A DNA stretch of 64,000 bases, from assembly GCA_000004985.1 (NCBI GenBank), contig GG738858.1, one strand, 5' to 3'. The position numbers and the translations under genes are program-made. Origin of the DNA: Naegleria gruberi (Eukaryota). Shown in pieces: positions 36,304 to 46,765 of this stretch. The notes beneath the pieces are model-generated. The model was not told where the DNA came from and did no database searches. It worked only from the letters and a program-made list of their open reading frames with translations. Numbering within the stretch: the stretch's first letter is position 1; each line of letters starts with the position of its first letter.

Positions 36304-36993
36304 ATGTCCTTCAATATGATGTTTGTTCAACATAACCATCCTAAAGGATGCTCAAAAGGCAAAAAGACATTTCACCCAAAACGTTTGAGAAAACAACTCG
36401 ACACTGCAGAATTCAAGCAATTCTACTTTGAACTGGTACCAAGCATTAATAATAATGCAACAAGCTCCACAACAACTCTATTAAAAAGAGAACCAGATGC
36501 AAATTCAGATTCAGACCAATACAAGCTCATGAGTTTTCAATGTGAAGCATCTGAACAGGAGAAGATGAGAAGAGCCATTCATCAATGTTCCTCTCATTTT
36601 CATGTGGCATCCTACATGCATCATAGTAAGAGAAAGAAATTGAAGAGCAATACATGTGTTGATTTAACATGTTCCTCTCCAATTGCATCGACTGCATCTA
36701 GTGATATTTCCACTATTTTCTCTCATCATTCGTCCTCTAATTCAACAAATTCTGTGATTCAGAACAAGTCTGTTTCATTTACCTCCCTACAATCGAATAT
36801 TATTATCATTTCCAATCAAACTAATTCCATTGCAACACAGCAAACTAGTTCCTCTCCTTCAAATTGCTCTTCTGGATTTATGCTCTCATTAGATTATGAG
36901 TCAATAACTGATTTGTTGCTGGATGAAAACTCTCCTTTTAACAATCTCTTGAAAGCCCCAATATTCGAAAGACAAACATTGAATAAATTGTAA
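36304..36993 (+). CDS. member 3 of the PKRLRKQL...FYFEL family
   Basis: 229-aa intronless ORF with FHPKRLRKQLDTAEFKQFYFELVPSINNN ... AIHQCSSHFHVASYMHHSKRKK, followed by an S/T-rich tail. Confidence 0.6.
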   Translation: MSFNMMFVQHNHPKGCSKGKKTFHPKRLRKQLDTAEFKQFYFELVPSINNNATSSTTTLLKREPDANSDSDQYKLMSFQCEASEQEKMRRAIHQCSSHFHVASYMHHSKRKKLKSNTCVDLTCSSPIASTASSDISTIFSHHSSSNSTNSVIQNKSVSFTSLQSNIIIISNQTNSIATQQTSSSPSNCSSGFMLSLDYESITDLLLDENSPFNNLLKAPIFERQTLNKL

Positions 36994-37155
36994 CTTGATA
37001 ATAACATGCTGGACAATATTTCCAAATGGGCAAAATGACCTACCTAATCTAAAACTTAGGCATCCCTATTAGTACAGGAAATGATAAACACAGAATAGCA
37101 GTTCCGTAAATACAGCCCTCAGAAATTGTTAAACAAAAGTTTGAGTCTTTACTCT

Positions 37156-38313
37156 CTAATAGAAAACTGTATCTTGTGTTGCATGTCTCTCGAATGATCT
37201 AAAATCCTCTCTCTTACCAAGATCTCCCCACAAGAAATAATCGATATGAAGAGTGTTAATATTGGCATTGTAAGGTTCACTGTTTGCAATCTTAATTAAT
37301 TCTTCACAGGCAAATACTGAAAGAGCTCTAAGTTCCACCTCTGGCTTTGAGCCGTGCTTTAAAACTTGGTTGGTTTCAATCTTGCTCTTTACACTCTCAT
37401 CTACGATTTGTAAAATGTTCGACTTGACCAAAGTGGCAGGAATTACATTATCTACAAAAATAGTCATTTGGCCAATGTCATCAAAATCAAATGTTGAGTC
37501 TTCCTCGTGTAAATGCAAGTAAAGTTCGCCTACTATCAATTGAGCCTTCTTATAGAGATACACCTTAAACAATTCTCCATTCTCAGTTTCATAATTAGCA
37601 CAATCATCTAGTGCTTGGGGAAATACATTTACTAGCTCATTGACTAAATAGGCTGCCTTTCCAATACCCTTAACATCTTGATACTTTTCTTCATTCTGCT
37701 TTCTTCTTTCATATTCGGCAATCACTTTTCTAACAAACATTGAAAAAGAGTCAGAGTTTCTCTCCCTCAATCTTCTTGCAGTTTCACTCAAAACCTTTCT
37801 AATGCCTTCAGCAAATGGTTTCAATGCACTGTCTTGGCTTACTTTAATAACAGCATACTTTTCATGTGAAACTTCTTCCTTTGAAGCAATTCCAAAATGT
37901 TGTTCAATTGAAAAGTAATTATCAGAAACAACTTCCATCATTTCAACTCCAAGCTTTGCAATGGTAATATCTTCGGAAAGGAAACAATTAATCAAACCAG
38001 TTTGAATTGTTTCACCAGCTCCCTTTTGTAACTTTTGATGTAATAATTTTCTAAATCCTGATCCAAATTGTAACAAGCCATACAAACAACGATAATTAGC
38101 CTCATGATCAACATCATCAAATTGGAAAGGCAAGGCTGACTTTTTCGAAGTCTTTTCTTTGATATCAGTCAAATTTGGCATGATGTAATTTTCAATGAAT
38201 TTAGTAGCCTCATCCTTGTTGTATTTGACATGTTTGGCATGTTCAGCAACCTTGGCACAACTAGCCTTCACTCTTTCAAATGGTGATAATGTAGATTCCG
38301 ATGAAGATAACAT
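37156..38313 (-). CDS. queuosine-salvage protein (DUF2419; QNG1/C9orf64 family) homolog
   Basis: 385-aa intronless ORF. Its C-terminal half is collinear with the human C9orf64 sequence as I remember it: KVYLYKKAQLIVGELY, MTIFVDNVIPATL, VELRALSVFACEELI, and the terminal HIDYFLWGDLGKREDFRSFERHATQDTVFY (human ...[29 protein letters not shown]). Confidence 0.65.
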   Translation of the reverse strand: MLSSSESTLSPFERVKASCAKVAEHAKHVKYNKDEATKFIENYIMPNLTDIKEKTSKKSALPFQFDDVDHEANYRCLYGLLQFGSGFRKLLHQKLQKGAGETIQTGLINCFLSEDITIAKLGVEMMEVVSDNYFSIEQHFGIASKEEVSHEKYAVIKVSQDSALKPFAEGIRKVLSETARRLRERNSDSFSMFVRKVIAEYERRKQNEEKYQDVKGIGKAAYLVNELVNVFPQALDDCANYETENGELFKVYLYKKAQLIVGELYLHLHEEDSTFDFDDIGQMTIFVDNVIPATLVKSNILQIVDESVKSKIETNQVLKHGSKPEVELRALSVFACEELIKIANSEPYNANINTLHIDYFLWGDLGKREDFRSFERHATQDTVFY

Positions 38314-38507
38314 TTTTTTTGATTAATTCCGAAACTCTTTGCAAAAATAGATTTCAATGTTGGTTTTGATCATACAATAGTAAATATTATAATATTAATA
38401 ATAATAAATCAATGATGATGATTATTTTGTTTTTATTTAGCAAGAGGTTGAACGTGGAGAGAAGTTTTTGATTTTTTTTATTAAATTATATTAATTTTTA
38501 TAAAAAA

Positions 38508-39749
38508 ATGGCAACAGAACAAAAGTATGTTTTGATTTTTTTGTTTTTATTAATATTGTATGATGATGATCATCATGTTATTGTTGTTGTTGTGGATTAA
38601 TTATTCGGAATGTGTTTGGAATTGATGAATATGTAAATTGAAATATTGATGATTTTAATTAGGACTTGTACTTTTTATTGGAAAATAGGTGCTTGTAGAT
38701 TAGGAGATAGATGTTCACATCTTCATCAAAAACCAGCCTACTCACAAACAATTATGATCAGACACATGTATCCAAATCCTAAAGGAGCTCATTTTGTTGA
38801 TGAGAATGGAATTTTAAGACCTTTTTCTCAGGAATTTATAAAGGAGTGGTTTGAAAACTTTTATGCTGATATTTTCAAAGAGTTGGAAACAAAGAATGGA
38901 ATTAAAATTGAAGATTTGTATATTTGTGATAATACATGTGAACACATGTTTGGAAATGTATATATTTCACTTGCTAGTATTCCAGATGCTCAGAAATGTT
39001 ATGAATTATTGAAAGGAAAATATCATGCTGGTAGATTATTAACACCAGAATATTCACCAGTTCTTGATTTTTCTGAAGCTAAATGTAAGCTTTTCGATAG
39101 AGGAGGAGAAGAACATTGTCCAAAAGGAGCTAATTGCAATAATTTGCACGTTTTGAGACCATCTGAAGAATTGGCTAAACATTTATTTGGAGAAAGATAT
39201 GAATCATACAAACAAAGACATGAAGGATCAAATGATTATCACCGATCATCATCAGACTATTACAACAGAGGATATAAAGGAACACCAAGTAAGGATAGCT
39301 CATATTCATCAAGCTCCACACCAAAGTCAACTCCAAGAGGTGTTTCTACACCTTCAAGTGGCAGTAGACCATATGATAATAGAAGAACATATGGTTCTGG
39401 AAGTTATTACAATGAATCAGCAATGAGTCGTTCAGATTCTGGTGATGCCTCTCCAAGCCATGATAAAAATCGTAGTAGTTCATATTCACGAGACTCTAGC
39501 AGGGATAATAGAGATAGTAGAGACAATAGAGATTCTAGTAGGGATAACAGAGACAGTAGATCTTATGATAGAGGAGACAATAGAGGATATTCTTCTTCAA
39601 GAGGAGGTGGCAGCAGTGGTGGAGACAGATATTACAACAATAACTCTAGGGATCAATCAAACAGTGATTACAAAAGAAAGAGAGAACATGACAATTACAA
39701 TAACAACAGTAGTGGCTCATCCTATTACAATAAGAGAAACAAAGAGTAA
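38508..39749 (+). CDS. U2AF small subunit (U2AF35)-like splicing factor with RD/RS- and Y-rich tail, 2 exons
   Basis: join(38508..38524,38663..39749). The 17-nt first exon ATGGCAACAGAACAAAA has a GTATGT donor; the 138-nt intron ends in AATTAG. The first zinc finger is CTFYWKIGACRLGDRCSHLHQKP, followed by a UHM/RRM-like region (DNTCEHMFGNVYISL) and a second zinc finger (CPKGANCNNLHV). The tail has SRDNRDSRDNRD repeats. Confidence 0.85.
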
Positions 39750-39885
39750 ACCATTGTAATCATGTAATTTCCTTTTTTCTATCCTGTTCACGAACGTGTT
39801 GTTCTAGCTTCGATTTAATGCGTGCAATTCGAAACTAAAATTAAAATTTAATTAAAAAAATTAAAAACAAATCATATATTGGAGA

Positions 39886-41421
39886 ATGGATATTTCATTA
39901 CTTTCTTCTGAAACTGTTGCCATTCCATCCAACATGCCAAAAGCCAATCAAAAGTATGACGATAATCACATTTCATACTTTCTATTAAAGTACTTTGAAA
40001 ATGTCCATACAAACGTTCAAATTACCTATCCTTCTCCTTTGAATTCTTATGGACTATTAGGATCAACTGACACGAAACTAAACTCCAACACTTTGCCTGC
40101 TCCACATTTAAATGACTTTTTATTGTTTGCACTTGGCAAGCAAGGTAAAGTTGCCATGCCACTCCTCATCAATTACACATTCGATGAAAAGACAGGAGAA
40201 CTGGATGGTCATTGGATTGTATTATTGAAGAGGGAGGATGATTCCTTTCTACTCTATGATCCAAGCCACTTTATTGCCATTCCTCAATTTTATAATATTC
40301 AGGTGGAATATGGTGATCAAAGTGATGGTTTTAATTGTGGAACGTTTGTTGTTGAAAGAATCAAACAATTCTATTGTCCTTCTGTTGTTGGAATGCCAAA
40401 GGCGAGAACCATTGCAGCAGCAAGAGCTGCACATGCCAAAACTGGATTGAATTTCAATTTTTCTCCACTCATTCAAGGATCAGGTGGTGGAGGTTTAGGT
40501 GAAGAAAATGATTCTTGTTGGTCCAAAGATATTACATTGAGAGGAGATCAAGCATCTTCAATCAAAGAGGCAGTGTTTGAGAAACAGTTTGGTGTCTTTA
40601 CCATTAACTCTGATGATACACTTGGTATATCCAAAACAACTATTCAATTTCCGCCATATTTTACATTACAGAGCTACTCTTACAACACATTTAAACGTGT
40701 TAAAAGAAGAGTTGTTTGGGGACAAGATATTGCATCCAACGGATTGAATGTGAGTGGACTTTCCATTAAAAACATTATTGAACTCGGTTTCCTCCCAGAA
40801 GATGTGAATAGACCAACTGGCTGCTTGGCTATTACTGGTCTCAACACTAAAACAAACACCACTGAATTAATATCCATACAAATCAAGTCAAAGCAACATA
40901 ATGGCAACTCCTGTAGAAGTTTAATTACAAGAATTGACCATCCATTTGGCTCTCATGATTGTACTGAAACAAATGAAACAAACAAAAAACCGAATAACGA
41001 AGACAACCCATCCAAGTCAAAGAAAACACCAAACAAAAGAAAGAACACCAGAAAAGAAAATGCTGAAAAACCAAAGAAAATCAAAACAAGTCATCAACAT
41101 GAGATAATTCCTACTACCACCAATACTATGAACACCTTCCAAACAGAGCCATTCCAAAACGGTACAAACCTTACTGTCTTTTGCAACTTCCAAAATGCAA
41201 ATCCTACTCCATTGAAAAGCAAGCCGTCTACGACTGCTTACAAAATGAATCAGGAAAATATGCATTACCAAGTTGCAAATGACAATCCAGTAAGTTTTCT
41301 TTCCCTCTTGAATAATGGAACTGTTAATGGAAGAAATGAAACTGAGAATGAAATTAAGCAAAAGGAAAATAATAGAACAGATGATAACTTTTTTGATGAT
41401 TACTTTGAAGATTCTGATTGA
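39886..41421 (+). CDS. Ulp1/SENP-like cysteine peptidase (C48-type catalytic core at N-terminus) with long low-complexity C-terminal region
   Basis: 511-aa ORF. The putative catalytic triad context is GHWIVLLKREDDSFLLYDPSH ... QSDGFNCGTFVV (His, Asp, Gln-x-x-x-x-Cys-Gly-x-F), as in C48 peptidases. The C-terminal half is N/T/K-rich. Confidence 0.5.
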   Translation: MDISLLSSETVAIPSNMPKANQKYDDNHISYFLLKYFENVHTNVQITYPSPLNSYGLLGSTDTKLNSNTLPAPHLNDFLLFALGKQGKVAMPLLINYTFDEKTGELDGHWIVLLKREDDSFLLYDPSHFIAIPQFYNIQVEYGDQSDGFNCGTFVVERIKQFYCPSVVGMPKARTIAAARAAHAKTGLNFNFSPLIQGSGGGGLGEENDSCWSKDITLRGDQASSIKEAVFEKQFGVFTINSDDTLGISKTTIQFPPYFTLQSYSYNTFKRVKRRVVWGQDIASNGLNVSGLSIKNIIELGFLPEDVNRPTGCLAITGLNTKTNTTELISIQIKSKQHNGNSCRSLITRIDHPFGSHDCTETNETNKKPNNEDNPSKSKKTPNKRKNTRKENAEKPKKIKTSHQHEIIPTTTNTMNTFQTEPFQNGTNLTVFCNFQNANPTPLKSKPSTTAYKMNQENMHYQVANDNPVSFLSLLNNGTVNGRNETENEIKQKENNRTDDNFFDDYFEDSD

Positions 41422-41487
41422 ATAATAAAATCATGTTCTTGACAGTTACAAATTTCTAATTACCAATCAAATTCTTTCTTCAATTTA

Positions 41488-42642
41488 ATGGAAATTTTTG
41501 AATTTGAATTTACAAAAAAAATGAGCAAACGCAAACAATCGGAAATTCTTTCCTTCTTCAAAAGTGGCAATCAATCTGATGCATCACCAAGAAGTAAACC
41601 AGTTGATCCAACTCAAGTGAAAATACCATCTCCATCATCTTCATCATTATTAGTAAATATAATTGATGATGATGATGATGATCATGTTGATGCTGGTGAT
41701 GAACAATCATTAAAGAAAGTAAAACTTGATGAAAATCCAATTCTAACCAAATTGAGAGAATTGGACAATTTTAAATCATTCAACACGACCAAGGAGTTTG
41801 AAGATACTTTTATTTCGATAACTGATTATTTGTTTAATAATACAGAACTTGTGGTTAAGGATAAGTGTTATCGATTGGCTGAGATTGAGTATTATGTTAC
41901 GAGTAGTAACCATAATGATCCATTTTCACATTGTCATCCACTTCAGTCAACTAGAGCAGAGTGGTATTTTCATCAATCTTTAGCAAAGACCAATGATAAT
42001 AATTACAGAGGTGGTAATTATAAGGGAATTGATTTTTCTATTGGAAGTGATAAATTTAAAGGTGGAATTTTGATTAGAAGTTTATTGAAATCTGACAGGA
42101 AAACATTGGTTGAGGGACCATCAAAGTGTGTTGATGAAATACTTGGACACTTTGATTGTAATGAAATTCACGAATTCGTTACACAACACTACAGGGGACA
42201 GAAACATTTCGATGCATTGGATACATCGAGTGTTTGCTATTTGAGACCAATTGACAAACCACACACCGACTCTTTCATTAAGAGTGCAAGAGTTGGCTTG
42301 ACTCTCAAACAGAAAACACAGCAGAAATTGAGAGTGGAGTATATTTTCAGACCATACAGACATTGCCTAAGACCGAAAGATATGAAGAAGGGAAAGCACT
42401 TGATGACCATTGTATTGTACAGAGATTTAATGAGATCTGGTGAGAAGAGTGTGATTAGGAAGGTAGAAGCTGCTACAAATAGTTCAGGACTGCAAAAATA
42501 CTTTACCACCTATGAGGAATATGATGAGTTGGCTTTTGAAGATGTGGAGAGCATTGATGCTTCCAAATTGGGAGATTATTCCAAAGATTTAACAGCTCAA
42601 CAAATCTATGAACTTGGAGGAATGCTGAAACATATCTTTTAA
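41488..42642 (+). CDS. 3-methyladenine (alkyladenine) DNA glycosylase MPG/AAG-family-like protein
   Basis: 384-aa ORF; an alternative start is at M12, MSKRKQ. The core resembles human MPG: AEIEYYVTS (cf. IVETEAYLG), GGILIRSLL (cf. ACVLLRALE), EGPSKCVDEILGHFD (cf. SGPSKLCQALAINKSFD) and SARVGLTLKQ (cf. AARVGVGHAG). The N-terminus is basic, acidic and S-rich. Confidence 0.5.
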   Translation: MEIFEFEFTKKMSKRKQSEILSFFKSGNQSDASPRSKPVDPTQVKIPSPSSSSLLVNIIDDDDDDHVDAGDEQSLKKVKLDENPILTKLRELDNFKSFNTTKEFEDTFISITDYLFNNTELVVKDKCYRLAEIEYYVTSSNHNDPFSHCHPLQSTRAEWYFHQSLAKTNDNNYRGGNYKGIDFSIGSDKFKGGILIRSLLKSDRKTLVEGPSKCVDEILGHFDCNEIHEFVTQHYRGQKHFDALDTSSVCYLRPIDKPHTDSFIKSARVGLTLKQKTQQKLRVEYIFRPYRHCLRPKDMKKGKHLMTIVLYRDLMRSGEKSVIRKVEAATNSSGLQKYFTTYEEYDELAFEDVESIDASKLGDYSKDLTAQQIYELGGMLKHIF

Positions 42643-42765
42643 ATATTTTAGAATTGAAATATTAATTTGTATTTTAGATAAACAAAATTCAGACACAATA
42701 TTGAATGCTCTTAATTCATCCAATAATTATTACGTTTAAAACAACTTAGTTTTGGACTTGCTTGC

Positions 42766-44310
42766 TTACAAAATAGTGCAACGCTTCCTTCGTTCATTTT
42801 CCTTTTTTTCAATTGTTCTTTTCAATTCCTGAACTTCTCTTTGCAATCTAATCTTTTCCTGATCCAGAAAGTTGTAATTTCCCTCCAATTTCTTCACCTG
42901 AACTGAAAGTTGTTCAATCTTATTCTTGGCACTCTTCAACTCCTCACATTTGACATCGTAGTGGAATCGAAGCTCTTCATATTTCATTTGTGACATGCTG
43001 TGATTATCCTCCTCAATCGATAAAAGTGTCCAGGCCTGAGCACTCTTTCTTCTCTCCTCTCTCAATTTCACTTCATTCAATTCCAAAACTTGACTAGTTT
43101 TCTTCAATGAATTTGCCATATTCAACAATTTACTTTCCAAAGCAGTTGATCGTGGTGTGGCATTTGTAGGTTTCTGCGAGGTTGGTGAATTTGATCCAAG
43201 AAATTGCTTCTGCTCCTTAAATCTCGTTGCCAAATAATCTTGAAGTGAATTGAATTCTCTAGCCACCGAATGTCTCTTTAATTGTTGAGAAATTGGACTT
43301 TTTGGTTCTTCATTCGTGTTGGCATTCGATTGGTTTTGTAACAGTGAATTATTCGATCGTGAGCTAGTTAGTAATTTAGCAATTTGTTTCTTCTTATCCA
43401 TTGAAGTCCCATTCGAATCTTCTCCAATCGGTGATGAGCAATTATTAGCCACAATATATTGCAATTCTCTCCTACTTTCTCTTGCAGTATGTGGTCTCTT
43501 TGCTTTTGCAATAATACTAGCAGTAGATTTTGGTTTTGGTGTATTTACAGTTGAGGAAGTTTCAGTTGAAATATTAGAAAGTATCGTCTTTTTCGTATCC
43601 AGAGAATTGAGCTCAATATCAGAACAATCAGATAATCCACAACTCGAAACATCCTCATTTTCATTATAACTTTCAATGTGTCCTAAATTTAATTTTGGAA
43701 TTGTTGGCAATTGACCAATTCCATTATCATTCACCAATGGTTGTGTTGCTGTTGTTGATATTTGTAAATTGCAACTCATTGATGAATTCAATGAAGATAA
43801 ATCATCCAAATCCAAATTGACTGAATCTCTAAATGGTTTCTTGATTTTACTTTGTAAACTTCTTCTTCTTTCCATTTTTTTAGATCTTTCATCCATAACT
43901 GTATGTCCACGAGGTGATATATCAGAAACTACAATATTTCCTATACGATTCTTTAATGGATTTTCAGTTTCGTAATAGGGAACTGACATTTCTTCCAAAG
44001 GTGATGGTGATAAAATTGTCGATTTTGATTCTACTCGTGAATTATTTTTCTTTCCATCCATAAATGACGAATTTCTATTATTTTGATAAATTTGTTCTTC
44101 TTGTTGTTGTTTGTTATTATTCGAATTGTTTAGTTCAATAGGAATAGACGAAACTTCATCTTCATAACCATCCTCATCGACAACCGTCCTCGATGTTGTA
44201 TGATGAATAATTGATGTCATAACGATGCTGTTGAGTAATAAACACAATTTTTTAGTTTGGTATTTTTCATGCTCAAAGAAAAGTGACACGAATTTTGAAT
44301 TTGGATGCAA
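42766..44310 (-). CDS. S/N-rich hypothetical protein with C-terminal coiled coil
   Basis: 514-aa ORF. It has a long S/N/T-rich central region and a C-terminal heptad-rich segment (...LELNEVKLREERRKSAQAW...KIEQLSVQVKKLEGNYNFLDQEKIRLQREVQELKRTIEKKENERRK). Confidence 0.5.
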   Translation of the reverse strand: MHPNSKFVSLFFEHEKYQTKKLCLLLNSIVMTSIIHHTTSRTVVDEDGYEDEVSSIPIELNNSNNNKQQQEEQIYQNNRNSSFMDGKKNNSRVESKSTILSPSPLEEMSVPYYETENPLKNRIGNIVVSDISPRGHTVMDERSKKMERRRSLQSKIKKPFRDSVNLDLDDLSSLNSSMSCNLQISTTATQPLVNDNGIGQLPTIPKLNLGHIESYNENEDVSSCGLSDCSDIELNSLDTKKTILSNISTETSSTVNTPKPKSTASIIAKAKRPHTARESRRELQYIVANNCSSPIGEDSNGTSMDKKKQIAKLLTSSRSNNSLLQNQSNANTNEEPKSPISQQLKRHSVAREFNSLQDYLATRFKEQKQFLGSNSPTSQKPTNATPRSTALESKLLNMANSLKKTSQVLELNEVKLREERRKSAQAWTLLSIEEDNHSMSQMKYEELRFHYDVKCEELKSAKNKIEQLSVQVKKLEGNYNFLDQEKIRLQREVQELKRTIEKKENERRKRCTIL

Positions 44311-45188
44311 GAAACTAAAGGAAACTAATGTTTGACGAATTATGAGGAATGGATATGGAAATACGCTAGATTTGGGTCAATGGTGTGAAGTTTGGGTTTT
44401 ACAAAGATGATGTTGAGATTATTTCTGTTGGAAGTTTCTTCTGTAAAGTTTAGAATAAAGATTTGATGTTGCAAGTTGTAAAGAATTATTAATAATAATT
44501 GATCTAATAAAAGATGAGATTCTCTGGAAATCTCTTTGAATTCTATTTGAATTCCTTTCAACTTTGATCTAGGAAAAACAATGTTAGTAGTAACAACACC
44601 ATCAAGGAGTTCTGCGGAGTTATTTCTCCTCCTCTTCTAATAAGAGTCAAAGTTCCTTGTTTATTGTGGAGTTAGTTTATTAAGGATTTATTATTCAGCA
44701 CCAGCAGCAACACTTTTGCTAGGGGAGATAACAAACTGATATATTCTTCTTCTTCTTCATCATCGTCATCATGAAAACGACTTGATGATGGTTATGGAAT
44801 ATGTAATATTGCCATTAAAGTATTTCTTCCTTAATATATTGAATTTAATTAGCATATCTTGTAATGATATTAATCCATTCATGGGAAGAATCTAGATTAT
44901 CTATATGTTTGTGTGATGATAATTTCTACTTCTTCCGCAAGATATCAACCACCAACTACCAATATTAGAGAGAAGGAACAAGCTATTATCATTAGAACCC
45001 AACTTTCTAATGGTAGCCAAATGATTCATTCACAACAACAAAATATCTAGATTCTTCCTCCAAAAGGCCACAATAATTCTTATCTTCCACTTGCTCATGA
45101 TGATGGTCCTACTAACAACCTTCCAATCGGAAAGATTTAAAGGAGTCTTTAGCAGCAACCTCTTAAAAAAATCAACATTGTAAAAAAA

Positions 45189-46123
45189 ATGAAAATTTTG
45201 GCACGCGCACTTGTTGCCCTTCTCGTTTGCACCTTGTGGGTAAGCTCGACTTTGGCTGCCTCTTCTTGTTCAATTCAAACAACCGCTGGTAAAACCATTG
45301 AACTTTCCTCCGTTGATGTCGCTGGTACTGGTTATACTGTCGCTGGTACTGATGCTAACTGGAACTTTTACTTGTAAGTTTGTCTTTGTGTGTGGATAAA
45401 AAAATTAATAATAATAATATTTAATTGTGATGATGGCCATTATTTTGATAATTGTACACAAATAATAATATGATTGATGCGGATCTTTAATTTACGATGA
45501 TCTTCTTGTTTAGCAATATTTGTGGAGCTGTTACCAACCCAAGTACTGCTGTTTGTACTGTTGATGCTCAAGCATACCAATATGCCAAGCAATACAATCT
45601 CTGCTACCCAATAGGTCAAAAGGGTGTTCCAAAGATCTCTTTCCTCAACCCAGCCGATGAAAATGCTGGTGTTAAAGTTGTTCACGCTGGTATTCCTGCC
45701 ACTGATGGTGTTACCAGACAATTGGCTGTTTCCTTGACTTGTGACACTACTGCTGCTGATCGTCCAACTCTTACTTTCACTGGTGAAAGCAAGGAAGGTG
45801 GTATTATCACTTACGGATTCAGTGGTAAGACTAAGACTGCTTGTCCAGGTGCTGCTCCAGCTCCAACTCCAGAAGATGATTTGCCATTGGGTTGGTATGG
45901 TTTTGGTGGTCTCATCATGACTTTGGCTCTTGTTGCTTTCATTCTTTACTTCATCATTGGATTCCTTGTTTTGAAGTTCAAGATGCAAAAGACTGGTACT
46001 GAAGCTATTCCACAATTCGCCTTCTGGAAGGATTTGCCTTTCCTCTTCATTGATGGTGTTATGTTGCCAGTTGACCTCATCAAGGGTGCTATGGGTAAGA
46101 AGAATTACCAAGAAATGGCCTAA
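45189..46123 (+). CDS. type I membrane protein with mannose-6-phosphate-receptor-homology (MRH)-like lumenal domain, 2 exons (264 aa)
   Basis: join(45189..45373,45514..46123); the 140-nt intron has a GTAAGT donor and a TTGTTTAG acceptor. It has a signal peptide MKILARALVALLVCTLWVSSTLA, a Cys pattern like CD-MPR/Atg27 (SCSIQT...NWNFYFNICGAV...VCTV...CYP...LTCD...ACPG), a single TM (GGLIMTLALVAFILYFIIGFLVL) and a short cytosolic tail. The antisense ORF 45440..46111 is considered spurious. Confidence 0.55.
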
Positions 46124-46275
46124 ATGAGTTTTTGCAACAATCTAGTAAGAAATTAAATTATTATTTATTCAACACAAAGTTCTTTCTTGTGGTCCTTAAG
46201 AAGGATGTATGACGATAGGTGAAAAATATATATTTTATTGTTCATATGTTAGATTTTGAGTGTATAATACAAGAA

Positions 46276-46348
46276 GCCGACATAGCTCAGTTGGGAGAGC
46301 GTAAGACTGAAGATCTTAAGGTCCCTGGTTCGATCCCTGGTGTCGGCA
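46276..46348 (+). tRNA. tRNA-Phe (anticodon GAA)
   Basis: The 73-nt sequence is GCCGACATAGCTCAGTTGGGAGAGCGTAAGACTGAAGATCTTAAGGTCCCTGGTTCGATCCCTGGTGTCGGCA. The acceptor stem GCCGACA pairs with TGTCGGC, the D-arm is GCTC/GAGC, the anticodon stem is TAAGA/TCTTA with loop CTGAAGA, and the T-loop is TTCGATC. The T-stem CCTGG/CCTGG has one central T-T mismatch. It is strongly similar to canonical eukaryotic tRNA-Phe. Confidence 0.9.
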
Positions 46349-46765
46349 AATTTTATGTTTTGTTCCATTCATCTATGTTATTGCATAACCAAAGTACTGA
46401 CTGAAACCATTACTCGTTGATGAGGATGTTGTAGGATTATTAGCACTGGTATAATTACTAGTTGTAAAGGTTGCACACTTATTAGAAACTTTGTGGGAAT
46501 TCGAAATCAAATTCGTTCAAAAAACTGTCATTGGCTCTCTGCACAACCACTTGTCCTAACTAGCAACACAAAATCTGTTCGTACCTCCTCCAATTCAAAT
46601 TCAGATCCTTGAACTTGAGAATCGTATTTCATTCCTTTAAATCTTAATATTTTCTGTACATAATTTCAAATTCCCTTCCATTTAGAAACTGTCTCCATGT
46701 CCGCTTACTATTTTCGATTGCATTTCATAGTTTGAATTTTGAATGGAAAACAACAATTATTAAAA

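Noticed and set aside
45440-46111. 223-aa minus-strand ORF
   Set aside because: It is fully antisense to the well-supported MRH-domain gene exon 2. It is low-complexity (S/T/W-rich) and has no start context, so it is a spurious antisense ORF.
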